DNA of 32,000 nucleotides from Opitutia bacterium KCR 482 (GTDB taxonomy: Bacteria; Verrucomicrobiota; Verrucomicrobiia; Opitutales; Intestinicryptomonadaceae), in assembly GCA_029269845.2 (NCBI GenBank), contig CP149973.1:330001-362000 (forward strand), written 5' to 3'. The position numbers and the translations under genes are program-made. The notes under the pieces are model-generated. The model saw nothing but the letters and a program-made list of their open reading frames with translations. It made no database searches and was not told the origin of the DNA. The stretch's first letter is position 1, and each line of letters begins with the position of its first letter. This document shows, one piece after another, positions 1-9,554 of this stretch.

Positions 1-408
1 CACGCCGCCCTGCAAGTCGAGACCCTTTTTGAGCGCGCCCTTGCTCTGGCGGTAGAGTTCCTTCAAAAGAATGTCGTTTTTCTTTTTGAGGACTTTTATG
101 TCCGAAACGTTGATGTCGGAGAAATATTTGGAGAGGTCAAGCTCTTTTGCCTCGGCATAGTCGCGCAGAGCGATGTACAAAGTGGGCGACTTCGACTTGT
201 CCGTCCTGTAATTGTTTGCGTCGACGCGCTTGCCCGCCTCTTCGAGAACCTGCGCAAATTCGGACTGATTTGCCGTCGCGCGGGTTTTAATGTAGTCTTC
301 GAACGGAGTGTCGCCGAACGGGAACATGGACGATACCGCCCATATTACCACGAGTGCCGTGATGACGAGTTTCCATACTATTCCGCTGTTCGAGGTGTTT
401 CCCGACAT
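1..408 (-). CDS. secD: Protein translocase subunit SecD (or SecDF), N-terminal part; the gene runs off the left edge of the window
   Basis: Not in the ORF track because it is open at the window edge. Hand translation of the minus strand from the ATG at 408 gives MSGNTSNSGIVWKLVITALVVIWAVSSMFPFGD...LYRQSKGALKKGLDLQGGV, with no stop down to position 1. It has an N-terminal TM helix and then the GLDLxGGV motif typical of SecD. It lies directly downstream of yajC, the conserved yajC-secD order. Confidence 0.7.
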   Translation of the reverse strand, partial: MSGNTSNSGIVWKLVITALVVIWAVSSMFPFGDTPFEDYIKTRATANQSEFAQVLEEAGKRVDANNYRTDKSKSPTLYIALRDYAEAKELDLSKYFSDINVSDIKVLKKKNDILLKELYRQSKGALKKGLDLQGGV

Positions 409-489
409 ATTCGTATCTTTCCTGTATAGTTGTATATTATAAATATGCAAAACGCGCCCGCCTACGGGTGGACGCGTCGAGTTGAAAAT

Positions 490-840
490 TTAGTTTTTGC
501 GCTCTTCGGGAACTTCGTCGGGCGAATCCGCCTTGCTCTGGATTGCCGATTTGATGAATTCCACTTTGTTGTTGTCGCCCAAACGGACAATGAACGTCTT
601 TTCCTTGACGTTTGCGATTGTGCCAATCATGCCGCCGATTGTGAGAATGCGGTCTCCCGTTTTGAGTTCCGAAAGCATTTTAGCGTGCGCCTTCTGGCGT
701 TTGCGCTGGGGGGCAATCATCAAAAAGTACATTGCCGCGAACATGAGAACCACGAAAATGAGCATGGACGAACCGCCGCCCTGCTGCGCGTTTTCGGCGG
801 GAGCAGCCGCCTGTGCGAAAAAGGATATAAAATTATTCAT
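490..840 (-). CDS. yajC: Preprotein translocase subunit YajC
   Basis: 116-aa ORF with one TM helix (MLIFVVLMFAAMYFLMI). This is followed by APQRKRQK...LKTGDRILTIGGMIGTI, the YajC family signature. It lies upstream of secD. Confidence 0.85.
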   Translation of the reverse strand: MNNFISFFAQAAAPAENAQQGGGSSMLIFVVLMFAAMYFLMIAPQRKRQKAHAKMLSELKTGDRILTIGGMIGTIANVKEKTFIVRLGDNNKVEFIKSAIQSKADSPDEVPEERKN

Positions 841-960
841 ACTGATACTTTCGATTTTTGGAAATTAAGCATTAAATTCACACTCTTTCCGACTTGCAAG
901 AAAAAAAGCTCTTTTTTTAAGCCCAATCGCCACTCAAAGGCGGAGCGCGGGTAGCGCGGA

Positions 961-990
961 CAAAAAAGACGCCGACACGAAGTCGGCGTC
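961..990 (-). terminator. Rho-independent terminator downstream of the RHH gene
   Basis: Perfect 9-bp stem GACGCCGAC (968-976) / GTCGGCGTC (982-990) with a 5-nt loop. On the minus strand it is followed by TTTTTT (962-967). Confidence 0.6.
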
Positions 991-1021
991 CAAGCGTCCA
1001 AAAATGAAAAAAACGATTAAA

Positions 1022-1219
1022 TTACTTAATCTTTTTCTTGGCTTCTGCAACCGTGAGCTGCTCTCTTGCCAAGTTCTGCAACGTGTTCGCGATGAAGTTC
1101 GAACGGTTGCGGTTGTCCATTTTTGCAAGCTCGTCAATCTGCTGGACGAGGCTTTCGGGGAGGCTGATCGAAATTTGAGTCATTCCAACCATTTTACCAG
1201 AACCTTTTTTGCGTGCCAT
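1022..1219 (-). CDS. Ribbon-helix-helix (CopG/Arc/MetJ-type) DNA-binding protein, orphan
   Basis: The ORF track gives 1022..1339. I prefer the internal ATG at 1219 (MARKKGSGKMVGMTQISISLPESLVQQIDELAKMDNRNRSNFIANTLQNLAREQL...), which is preceded by AAAGGAAAA. The ISISLPxxLxxxID...RSxFI pattern is the RHH beta-strand/helix/helix fold. No toxin-like partner gene is adjacent. Confidence 0.7.
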   Translation of the reverse strand: MARKKGSGKMVGMTQISISLPESLVQQIDELAKMDNRNRSNFIANTLQNLAREQLTVAEAKKKIK

Positions 1220-1565
1220 TGTTATTTTCCTTTTGGGTTTGTTTGATATTATAATTGTTAATTCCCTTGTCTTCCTCCGCCCGCTATCCGACGTTTCATT
1301 TTTATCGGACGGAACTTCGGTTGATTTAGAAATATACACTATATTCTCTATAACTAAACCGTATAATCAACGCGTTTTACATAATGTCAACTTTTTTTCG
1401 CCGTTTTTAGCTAAAAAGTCAAAATTCTTCGATTTTAACAATATGATATTCAATTGAATTCAACTCACCGCATTATATTTTAACGCCAAGCGTACTAATA
1501 GTTATGAACAAATAAATTTTTACAACATCCTAAATGCGATACACATAAGCAAAACAATCCGCACC

Positions 1566-1605
1566 AAAAAAACAAAAAGCGGATTCGCAGCAAGGGCGAA
1601 TCCGC
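1566..1605 (-). terminator. Rho-independent terminator downstream of the 1632..2477 gene
   Basis: 10-bp stem GCGGATTCGC (1579-1588) / GCGAATCCGC (1596-1605) with a 7-nt loop. On the minus strand it is followed by TTTTTGTTTTTT. Confidence 0.6.
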
Positions 1606-1631
1606 CGGCGCAGGGGGTTGCGCCTACAAAA

Positions 1632-2477
1632 TCAACGCGGCATCAAATATCTGAAAAATATTTTACAATACGTCTCTTTGCCGATTGTGGCGAAAAGATA
1701 GTCATAGGGAATCATTCCCATCTCCGTCGCGTTTTTCGTGCTGCTGTTTGTGCTCTTCCAGTCGGCGAGCCTCTGCACGTTTTTGACGCGGGTTGTCGCC
1801 TTGCAAATGGCGTCGGCATAGGCGCGTTCCTTCGACTTCCCGAAGCCCGTTACCATTTCGGTTTCGAGAAACCACGTTTCGGGCATTTCGTCGGAATAGT
1901 TGAAGCGCACCATGCAGATGAATTTGGGAGAGTCGGAAACGAAAACCGAATCCTTGACCCTGAAATTCGCCTTGCGGCCGACGAATTTGCGGATAGCCTC
2001 CGACGCGTACATTTCGGCGTCCTCGGCAGTGCGCCCCCAAACGCAGACCTTGCCGTCGATAACCTGCTTGCGCATTCTGACGGGCTTTTTCTTTTTCGAC
2101 TGGTTCTTGCCCTTTTCAAGCTCTTTGAGCTGCTCTGAAAACGACTTCGCGGAAGCTATGGACTTCCCCTTGTCGGGAGTTTTTATGGCTTTAGAATCGG
2201 GCGAAACAACGTCTCTTACGCCCGCCATGGCGGGGGCGGTAAGCTCCAACGGCTTCGTCGGTTTCGGCGGAGCCTTCTTTTGCGGAGCGGCTGGCTTTGA
2301 GGCGGCATTCTTCTTCGCGCCGACAGCACCCGCAGGAGCGGCTTTCGCGGCGGCGGTTTTGCTCGCCACCTTGTCGGGCGCGGCAAAAGACTCCGTACAT
2401 AAAACCGAAACCGAGCATACGGCAAACACCGACGCAACAAACAAACGCAAACCAGAGGACAGACAAACGCCCATCAT
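1632..2477 (-). CDS. Hypothetical secreted protein with an Ala/Lys/Pro-rich linker
   Basis: The ORF track gives 1632..2693. The start is chosen at ATGATG (2477), which gives a signal-peptide-like N-terminus MMGVCLSSGLRLFVASVFAVCSVSVLCTESFAAP. A low-complexity AKP-rich region follows, then a C-terminal globular part that I cannot assign. The start is uncertain; in-frame upstream starts exist. Confidence 0.5.
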   Translation of the reverse strand: MMGVCLSSGLRLFVASVFAVCSVSVLCTESFAAPDKVASKTAAAKAAPAGAVGAKKNAASKPAAPQKKAPPKPTKPLELTAPAMAGVRDVVSPDSKAIKTPDKGKSIASAKSFSEQLKELEKGKNQSKKKKPVRMRKQVIDGKVCVWGRTAEDAEMYASEAIRKFVGRKANFRVKDSVFVSDSPKFICMVRFNYSDEMPETWFLETEMVTGFGKSKERAYADAICKATTRVKNVQRLADWKSTNSSTKNATEMGMIPYDYLFATIGKETYCKIFFRYLMPR

Positions 2478-2854
2478 TTTTGATTCACCCGAAAAACAGC
2501 CCGCAAGCCGACGGGACATTGCGGACAACGACCGCCGCAAGCCCATGGAGAACGATTCGCCGAGCTTGCAAAAACTCCGCCCGCCCTCCTTATTAAAACA
2601 GTCGGAGCCGCCGAACAACACGCGCCCGCGCTTCGGGCGACAGCGTTTTCCGCTTCCCCTTAAAAAACAATTTGTTAGACCCTCCCTGAACATGTTCCTA
2701 CCTCCAAAGTCATATAGAAGGATATAAGTATAATAATGTCAATGAAAAAATTTGTACTTTTTTAGAGTTTTTTTGTTTATAGGCAAATTTTATATTGCCT
2801 TGACGAAAACATAAAAAATGCAATCATACCGCACTTTAACGCATTAAATTTTTT

Positions 2855-5599
2855 ATGGCTACCAAGAACGCAGAATACAATTTTTCCGAAATAGAAAAAT
2901 ACTGGCAAAAGAAATGGGACGACGAAAAAACATTCCACGCCGAAACCGCGGCCGCCGCTCCCAAATACTACATTTTGGACATGTTCCCCTACCCGTCGGG
3001 CGCGGGTCTGCACATCGGACACCCCGAAGGCTACACGGCGTCGGACATCTTGGCGCGCTATAAATGGGCAAACGGCTTCAACGTCCTGCACCCGATGGGC
3101 TGGGACGCTTTCGGACTTCCCGCCGAACAGTACGCGGTAAAAACGGGCACACACCCATCGATTACGACCGCCGCAAATATCGACAACTTCCGCAAACAGA
3201 TAAAGTCGATAGGCTTCGCAATAGACTGGCAGAGGGAAATAAACACGACAGACCCGTCGTACTTCAAATGGACGCAGTGGATTTTCCTGCAACTCTTCAA
3301 AATGGGGCTTGCGTATGTGGACGAAAAACCCGTGTGGTGGTGTCCGCAACTCGGAACGGTGCTCGCAAACGAGGAAGTCATAGACGGCAAGAGCGAGGTG
3401 GGCAAATTCCCCGTGGAACGCAGAAAGCTCCGCCAGTGGGTGCTGAAAATCACGGCATACGCCGACAAACTCATCAAGGGGCTGGACAAGCTCGACTGGC
3501 CCGACTCTACAAAACGCCTGCAACGCAACTGGATTGGACGCTCGGAAGGCGCGGAAGTCGATTTCGAAATAGCCGACTCCTACGCAAAGGGTCAAAAACT
3601 GCGCGTGTTCACAACCCGCCCCGACACGCTCTACGGCGCAACCTACATGGTCGTAGCCCCCGAACACCCGCTTGTGGATAAACTCGTTTCGCCCGACCAA
3701 AATGCGGCGGTGGAAGCCTACCGCAAGGCGATAGCCTCAAAGAGCGACCTCGACAGAACAGACCTCGCAAAGGAAAAGACGGGCGTGGCGACGGGCGCAC
3801 ACGCAATCAACCCCGTCAACGGAAAACTCATTCCGATTTGGGTTGCCGACTACGTTCTGATGAGCTACGGCACGGGCGCAATCATGGCGGTTCCCGCGCA
3901 CGACGACCGCGACTTCGACTTCGCAAAACAGTTCGACCTGCCCATTATCCGCGTGATTGAAAAGAAGGACGCCGACGGCAACGACGTTCCCCTGCCCTTC
4001 ACCGACGTAGGCAAAATGGTAAATTCGGGCGAATTTACGGGCATGGATTCGGCGGAGGTAAAACGCGCGATTATCGGAATGCTCGAAGAGAAAAAGCTCG
4101 GCAAAAAATCCGTAAACTACAAACTGCGCGACTGGCTGTTCTCGCGCCAACGCTACTGGGGCGAACCCTTCCCGATTCTCTGGGTATCGAAAGACGCCTA
4201 CGACGCCGCGTCGAAAAGCAAAGTCTGGGAGGGCAAACTGCCGCCCGAACCCGTGTCTTTCAAGGACGACTCCGGCGAAACGCGCTACGCGCTTCCGCTT
4301 CCCGAAAACCAGCTGCCGCTCACATTGCCGCAGGTCGAAAACTACAAGCCGTCGGGCACGGGCGAAAGCCCGCTCGCGCACGCGACGGAATGGCTGAACG
4401 TCAAGGTGAACGTCGAAACGGGCGAAGTCAAAAACGCGCCGGAAGCATCGGGCGAAAACTGGTTCGACGCCCGCCGCGAAACAAATACAATGCCCCAGTG
4501 GGCTGGCTCGTGCTGGTACTACCTGCGCTACTGCGACCCCCACAACGACTCCGCCCCGATTGGCGAAGAAGCCGAACGCTACTGGCAGTACCCCGATTTC
4601 TACATCGGCGGCGCGGAACATGCGGTGCTCCACCTGCTCTACGCCCGCTTCTGGCACAAAGTGCTCTTCGACTGCGGCGTGGTCAAGGGCGACGAACCTT
4701 TCAAAAAACTGTTCCACCAAGGGATAATCCTCGGACAGCTCGAATACACAGGCTATAAAAAGGACGGCAAGTGGGTGCCCGCAAGCCAAGCTTCTGAAAA
4801 CGGAGCCGAGGCAGTGAAACTCGCCGAAAGCGACGTCGAAAAAGTCGGCGCGGCGTACGTGCTCAAAGCCGACAAGTCGATTACCGTAGACGCCCGCAGC
4901 TTCAAGATGAGCAAGAGCCGCGGCAATGTCGTCAACCCCGACGACATCATCAAACAGTACGGCGCGGACTCGCTGAGACTCTACGAAATGTTCCTCGGAC
5001 CGCTCGAAGACCAAAAACCGTGGAATACAAACGGAATCGAGGGCGTGTCGCGCTTCCTCAAAAAGATTTGGCGCGAGTTCGTCGGCAAGGACGGCGGCAT
5101 AGCCGAAAAAATCGCCGACGGCGCGCAGGACGACCCCGCCCTGCTGAAATCCCTCAACGAGACAATCAAAAAAGTCTCCGCCGACATCGAAACACTGCGC
5201 TTCAACACGGCGATTTCGCAGATGATGATTTTCCTCTCGACTTTCCAGAAGACCGAAAAAGTCTCGAAGGAAAGCGCGGAAAAATTCGTCAAACTGCTCG
5301 CGCCCTTCGCCCCGCACATCGCGGAGGAACTCTGGGAACGCCTCGGCAATTTTTCGACCGTCGCAAAGGCGGCGTGGCCGAAGCCCGACGAATCGAAAAT
5401 CGGCGGCGACACCGTGAAAATGGGCGTACAGGTCAACGGCAAACTGCGCGGCGAACTCTCGATTGCAAAAACCGCGTCGAAAGACGAAATGCTCGCGGCG
5501 GCGAAAGCCCTGCCCAACGTGCTCGCATTCATCGACGGCAAGACAATCGTCAAGGAAATCTGCGTGCCCGCAAAGATAATCAACATCGTCGTAAAATAA
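2855..5599 (+). CDS. leuS: Leucine--tRNA ligase
   Basis: 914 aa. It carries the class I HIGH motif ([10 protein letters not shown]) and the KMSKS motif (FKMSKSRGN). Length and overall pattern are typical of bacterial LeuRS. Confidence 0.97.
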   Translation: MATKNAEYNFSEIEKYWQKKWDDEKTFHAETAAAAPKYYILDMFPYPSGAGLHIGHPEGYTASDILARYKWANGFNVLHPMGWDAFGLPAEQYAVKTGTHPSITTAANIDNFRKQIKSIGFAIDWQREINTTDPSYFKWTQWIFLQLFKMGLAYVDEKPVWWCPQLGTVLANEEVIDGKSEVGKFPVERRKLRQWVLKITAYADKLIKGLDKLDWPDSTKRLQRNWIGRSEGAEVDFEIADSYAKGQKLRVFTTRPDTLYGATYMVVAPEHPLVDKLVSPDQNAAVEAYRKAIASKSDLDRTDLAKEKTGVATGAHAINPVNGKLIPIWVADYVLMSYGTGAIMAVPAHDDRDFDFAKQFDLPIIRVIEKKDADGNDVPLPFTDVGKMVNSGEFTGMDSAEVKRAIIGMLEEKKLGKKSVNYKLRDWLFSRQRYWGEPFPILWVSKDAYDAASKSKVWEGKLPPEPVSFKDDSGETRYALPLPENQLPLTLPQVENYKPSGTGESPLAHATEWLNVKVNVETGEVKNAPEASGENWFDARRETNTMPQWAGSCWYYLRYCDPHNDSAPIGEEAERYWQYPDFYIGGAEHAVLHLLYARFWHKVLFDCGVVKGDEPFKKLFHQGIILGQLEYTGYKKDGKWVPASQASENGAEAVKLAESDVEKVGAAYVLKADKSITVDARSFKMSKSRGNVVNPDDIIKQYGADSLRLYEMFLGPLEDQKPWNTNGIEGVSRFLKKIWREFVGKDGGIAEKIADGAQDDPALLKSLNETIKKVSADIETLRFNTAISQMMIFLSTFQKTEKVSKESAEKFVKLLAPFAPHIAEELWERLGNFSTVAKAAWPKPDESKIGGDTVKMGVQVNGKLRGELSIAKTASKDEMLAAAKALPNVLAFIDGKTIVKEICVPAKIINIVVK

Positions 5600-6324
5600 T
5601 GAAACGAACCGGAATCGCGCTTGCGCTGGCGTTTGCGGCGGCGAACCTGCACGCCGCGGGCGGGCTGCTGTATGTCCACACGGCGCGGGGCGCGTCCGAA
5701 ATCGGATTCGGCGGAGCGAAAACGGCGGCGGTTGCGGGAACGTCGGGCGCGGCGAAAGACGCAAAAATTTCGGGCGGCAAAGGCGTGTTCGCCGTGCTCT
5801 CGAACAAAACGGCGTTTTTGCTCGCCGAAGATTCCGAGCTTGAAATCGGAAAATTCGAGCAGGTTGCGCCGTTTAAAGACGACCTCTCCAACGACTCCGA
5901 ATCAACAACGTCGGCATGCGAAATGACGCTAAAAAAAGGCGCGTTGCACGTCCGCGCGCCCCAACTTCGCCCGACAAGCTCGCTGAAAATAAAGACGCCA
6001 GAAGCCGAACTCGAAGCCGAAAGCCGCGGATTTTCGGTATCGACCAACGGCGGAAAAACCGAAGTTCTGCCCGTCGAAGGCGCGCTGGTCGTAAAAACAA
6101 AAAACGGCAAAACCGACATCGTAAAAACGGGGCAACGCGCGGTTGTATGCGGCGGAAAAATAACGATAGACTACGCGCGGGTCTCGGAAGTCGAAGCCGC
6201 AAAAAAGAAAATCGCCCAATGCAAATTCGCCGCAGATACAACGCTGTTTAAGTGCGGCGAAAAAATTTCGGCCGAACGCTCCGTGAAAAAATCGTTCTTC
6301 GGCTACGGTCAAAATTTCGACTAA
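5599..6324 (+). CDS. Secreted protein, FecR-domain-like (tentative)
   Basis: The real start was taken at ATG 5599, overlapping the leuS stop as TAATG. This gives [21 protein letters not shown], a signal peptide. The central region (LKIKTPEAELEAESRGFSVSTNGGKTEVLPVEGALVVKT) resembles the FecR beta-sandwich pattern. The functional call has low certainty. Confidence 0.55.
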   Translation: MKRTGIALALAFAAANLHAAGGLLYVHTARGASEIGFGGAKTAAVAGTSGAAKDAKISGGKGVFAVLSNKTAFLLAEDSELEIGKFEQVAPFKDDLSNDSESTTSACEMTLKKGALHVRAPQLRPTSSLKIKTPEAELEAESRGFSVSTNGGKTEVLPVEGALVVKTKNGKTDIVKTGQRAVVCGGKITIDYARVSEVEAAKKKIAQCKFAADTTLFKCGEKISAERSVKKSFFGYGQNFD

Positions 6325-6325
6325 C

Positions 6326-7168
6326 ATGATTTCAAAATTCCTGCCAACCGACTTCGACAAATCCGCGAAAATCGCAATCCTCGCCGGCAAGGGCGCATAC
6401 CCGTCGCTCCTGAAAGACAGACTCGACGCGGCGGGAATCCCCAACGCGCTAATGGCGTTCGAAGGCGAAACCGCTCCCGAACTGTGGGAGAGGTTCGACG
6501 ACTCCCAACGCGCGTGCGCAAACGTCGGACAGCTCGGACACCTGCTGAAAAACCTCAAAAAAGTCGGGGCGCGGTACGCAATAATGGCTGGGCAAATCAC
6601 GCCCAAAAAGCTCTTTAAGGGTATGAAGCCCGACCTCAAAGCAATTCTCGTGCTCGCAACCCTCAAACGCAAAAACGCCGAAACCATCTTCGGGGCTATC
6701 GCCGACCAACTGCAAAAAATCGGCGTAGACATGCTCGACGCACGCGCTTTCCTCGACGACTCCCTCGCGCCGAAAGGCTTTTTCTGCGGGGCGAACATGA
6801 AAAACATTCTGCCCGAACACATCGAACACGCAATGCACATCGCCCGCGAATGCGCAAGGCTCGACATCGGACAGGGCTGCGTGGTCTCGCGCGGAACGGT
6901 GCTTGCCGTCGAAGCTTTCGAGGGCACCGACGCAATGCTCGAACGCGCCGCGACATTCGGGGCAAAAGACTGCATTTTCGCAAAAACCGTAAAACCGAAT
7001 CAGGACTACCGCTTCGACGTGCCCGTAATCGGCGAACGCACAATGCGCAAACTCGCGGCGGCGGACATAAAAAACGTGGTCGTCGAGGCAGACAAAGTCA
7101 TAGTGCTCGAAAAGGACAAAGTAAAGAAACTCGCCGAGGAAAACGGAATAAGAATTTTGGGAATATAA
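6326..7168 (+). CDS. lpxI: UDP-2,3-diacylglucosamine pyrophosphatase LpxI (DUF1009 family)
   Basis: 280 aa. The N-terminus is IAILAGKGAYP. The C-terminal part is LDIGQGCVVSRGTVLAVEAFEGTDAMLERA, characteristic of LpxI. lpxA is also present in the window. Confidence 0.8.
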   Translation: MISKFLPTDFDKSAKIAILAGKGAYPSLLKDRLDAAGIPNALMAFEGETAPELWERFDDSQRACANVGQLGHLLKNLKKVGARYAIMAGQITPKKLFKGMKPDLKAILVLATLKRKNAETIFGAIADQLQKIGVDMLDARAFLDDSLAPKGFFCGANMKNILPEHIEHAMHIARECARLDIGQGCVVSRGTVLAVEAFEGTDAMLERAATFGAKDCIFAKTVKPNQDYRFDVPVIGERTMRKLAAADIKNVVVEADKVIVLEKDKVKKLAEENGIRILGI

Positions 7169-7169
7169 A

Positions 7170-7595
7170 ATGGGTATCATAGACGACAGAAAAAACGCCG
7201 TGCGCGAAGAATACGGATATTTCGGAACGCCGCAGGAATTGTTCGAATACATCGTGCTGAAAAACAAGTCGGCAACTCCGCTCGACAAGGAGCTGAAAAT
7301 CGACGAATTTCTCGTGAAGGGCTGCGTGTCGAGCCTGTGGCTCGTGCCGACTTTCTCGGACGGCAAATGCCATTTCAAGTCGGACGCAGACTCCGTGATT
7401 ACGCGCGGAATAGCGTCGCTTGTGTGCTCAATGTACGACGGACTTACCCCCGAAGAGGTGCTGCAATTCGACCCGTCGTTCCTCGAAGAGCTTGGCATCA
7501 CCGCGCACCTGACGCCCAACCGCCGCAACGGGCTGAGCCAGCTCTGCAAGAAAATCGCCGAATTCGCCGAATTCCACAAAGCGCAATCCCGATAA
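7170..7595 (+). CDS. sufE: Cysteine desulfuration / sulfur acceptor protein SufE
   Basis: 141 aa with the SufE active-site context VKGCVSSLWLV, then HFKSDADSVITRGIASL, and a C-terminal RRNGL motif. Confidence 0.85.
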   Translation: MGIIDDRKNAVREEYGYFGTPQELFEYIVLKNKSATPLDKELKIDEFLVKGCVSSLWLVPTFSDGKCHFKSDADSVITRGIASLVCSMYDGLTPEEVLQFDPSFLEELGITAHLTPNRRNGLSQLCKKIAEFAEFHKAQSR

Positions 7596-7735
7596 AAACC
7601 GCCCTAAAAAAAAATCATAATATGCTTGAAAAGCGCGTTGAATGCGGACAATATTCAATCCCGAAAACGCGCTGTATACCCAACGCAACGCATAAACTTT
7701 TTTTACAAAAAACAACACCCTAACATTATAACTAA

Positions 7736-8578
7736 ATGAAAAGAAAAGCACTCTCGATAATGTCAATCGCAGTCCTTCTGCTCGCCGGAGCGGGAGTTTC
7801 GTTCGCGCAGGCAGACGCCCCCGCGGCGGACGCCCCCAAAAAGCCCGACGCGCCCCAAGTCGTGGAAAAATCCTTCGCCGACATATGGCGCGCCGGCGGT
7901 TGGACAATGTATCCACTCGGCTTCTTCGGCATTTTTGCGACAACGCTTATCGTTTACAATGCAATCGCGCTCCGCAAAAAGAAGTTCCTCAATCCCGACG
8001 GCGTAAAGGAAGTGGAAAAGCTTGTAAACCAGCTCAAAATCAGCGACGCTATCGACTATTGCGAAAAACACCCCTCGCCGATTACAAACATCATCGGTTG
8101 CGGTCTTTCCCGCGCGGACGAACGCGAAATCGACGTTTCGTCTGTAGAGTCGGCAATGGAGGAAGCTTCGGTGGAAGAATTCGCCTCGCCCTATGTTTTG
8201 ATTAACTACCTTTCGGTTACGGCATCTCTTGCTCCTATGCTTGGTCTGTACGGTACGGTTTCCGGTATGGTCAAGGCGTTCAACACAATCGCCGCGGAAG
8301 GCGCGGGCAGCGCGTCGAAACTTGCCGACAACATCGCCGAAGCCCTCATCACAACTGCAACGGGCATGATTGTAGGTATCCCCTCAATGTTCTTCTTCTT
8401 CATGTTCAAGAACAAATACGGCGCGATTATTTCCAGCTCATCGCGCATCATCGGCGACATCATCTACACGATGAAGCTCTCCATCAAGTACGGCCCGCAA
8501 GACATCGAAGAAATCGTGGCAGACGCTGCGGAGGCACCCGTCGAACAAGCTCCCGAAACGCCCGAAGAAAACAAGTAA
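7736..8578 (+). CDS. exbB: MotA/TolQ/ExbB proton-channel family protein
   Basis: 280 aa with a signal peptide plus 3 TM helices. It has the family motif LAPMLGLYGTVSGMVKAF...IAEALITTATGMIVGIP. Two ExbD genes follow it. Confidence 0.85.
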   Translation: MKRKALSIMSIAVLLLAGAGVSFAQADAPAADAPKKPDAPQVVEKSFADIWRAGGWTMYPLGFFGIFATTLIVYNAIALRKKKFLNPDGVKEVEKLVNQLKISDAIDYCEKHPSPITNIIGCGLSRADEREIDVSSVESAMEEASVEEFASPYVLINYLSVTASLAPMLGLYGTVSGMVKAFNTIAAEGAGSASKLADNIAEALITTATGMIVGIPSMFFFFMFKNKYGAIISSSSRIIGDIIYTMKLSIKYGPQDIEEIVADAAEAPVEQAPETPEENK

Positions 8579-8602
8579 TCAAGCCGTTCGGAAAAACTTT
8601 TT

Positions 8603-9007
8603 ATGAAAGTTTGGAAACCATCGGAAGATGACGGGAAGTTCGAAATGACGCCAATGATTGACGTCGTGTTCCTTCTCATCACTTTCTTCATGACCGTAAC
8701 CAGCTACGCTTCGGCGGAGTTGGTGCAGGTTGCCATGCCGATTGCCCCGGAAGCGAAAGTTCCCGAAGACGTCGGCGACAGGCAATTTCTGTCGGTTTCG
8801 GAAAACGGAACATTCTTCCTCGGAGCGTTCGCGTCCGACCTGCCCACCATCAAAGAGACACTCATGGCGCGCAACCAACGCGAAGGGTTCAAGGGCGCGT
8901 ATATCCGCGCCGACGCGCACACGCCGTTCAGGTACGTCAACGACTTGATGAAAACCTGCGCGGAAGCGGGCGTCTACAACATTCTATTCGGAACTTTGAA
9001 GGACTAA
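8603..9007 (+). CDS. exbD: Biopolymer transport protein ExbD/TolR
   Basis: 134 aa with the N-terminal motif EMTPMIDVVFLLITFFM and a periplasmic domain typical of ExbD/TolR. Confidence 0.85.
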   Translation: MKVWKPSEDDGKFEMTPMIDVVFLLITFFMTVTSYASAELVQVAMPIAPEAKVPEDVGDRQFLSVSENGTFFLGAFASDLPTIKETLMARNQREGFKGAYIRADAHTPFRYVNDLMKTCAEAGVYNILFGTLKD

Positions 9008-9010
9008 GCC

Positions 9011-9445
9011 ATGGCGAAAAATTCGGATATTTTGCAATCGGAAGACTCTTTCGACTTGACCTCGATGATTGACGTCGTATTCCTTCTTCTGATTTACTTC
9101 ATGTACCTGCCGATTCAACAGGAAGCCGACCTGCTTTTCTCGCTTCCCGCCGAATCCGCGCCGCAGGAAAAGAACGTCGCCCTCCCCAGCGAGCAGATTG
9201 TCGAAATCGCGCCCGACGGAAGCATATTCCTCAACGGCTCGCCAATCGACCACGCCGGCGAAATCGAACTCAACGAACTTGCCTCCACCCTCCGCAGACT
9301 GCGCACAAGCGCGGACAAAAGCGGAATCTCGACGATCGTCACAATTTACCCCGACGCCGACGCTCCGCACCAAGCGGCAATCGCAGTGCTCAACGCCTGC
9401 GCGAAATCGGGCGTAAAGCAGGTTTCGTTCGCCGAGGCGGACTAA
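9011..9445 (+). CDS. exbD: Biopolymer transport protein ExbD/TolR (second copy)
   Basis: 144 aa with the motif DLTSMIDVVFLLLIYFM. It is a paralog of the preceding gene. Confidence 0.85.
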   Translation: MAKNSDILQSEDSFDLTSMIDVVFLLLIYFMYLPIQQEADLLFSLPAESAPQEKNVALPSEQIVEIAPDGSIFLNGSPIDHAGEIELNELASTLRRLRTSADKSGISTIVTIYPDADAPHQAAIAVLNACAKSGVKQVSFAEAD

Positions 9446-9457
9446 TATTTGAAACCG

Positions 9458-9489
9458 AAGCGCGGCGTTTTGCACGCCGCGCTTTTTTT
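9458..9489 (+). terminator. Rho-independent terminator of the exbB-exbD-exbD operon
   Basis: 10-bp stem AAGCGCGGCG (9458-9467) / CGCCGCGCTT (9475-9484) with a 7-nt loop. The stem runs into a T7 tract (9483-9489). Confidence 0.65.
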
Positions 9490-9554
9490 GTGCTTAAAAA
9501 CCGAAAATTTTAATTGTAATAAAATCGGTTTGGAGTAATCTCGACCCCCATAAA

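Noticed and set aside
3737-5764. A 675-aa minus-strand ORF antisense to leuS. Similar long antisense ORFs occur at 2777-3700, 5929-6975, 6449-7579, 10296-10871, 20513-21445, 23449-24153, 24481-25074, 25866-26651 and 29534-30145.
   Set aside because: These are shadow ORFs of the kind expected in GC-rich DNA. Their translations are Arg/Ala/Gly/Val-rich low complexity with no recognisable motifs. Each one overlaps a gene on the other strand that has clear family signatures.
7600-7630. A Fur-box-like AT-rich stretch (AAATCATAATATGC) upstream of exbB.
   Set aside because: Only a partial resemblance to the 19-nt Fur consensus, with no dyad symmetry.
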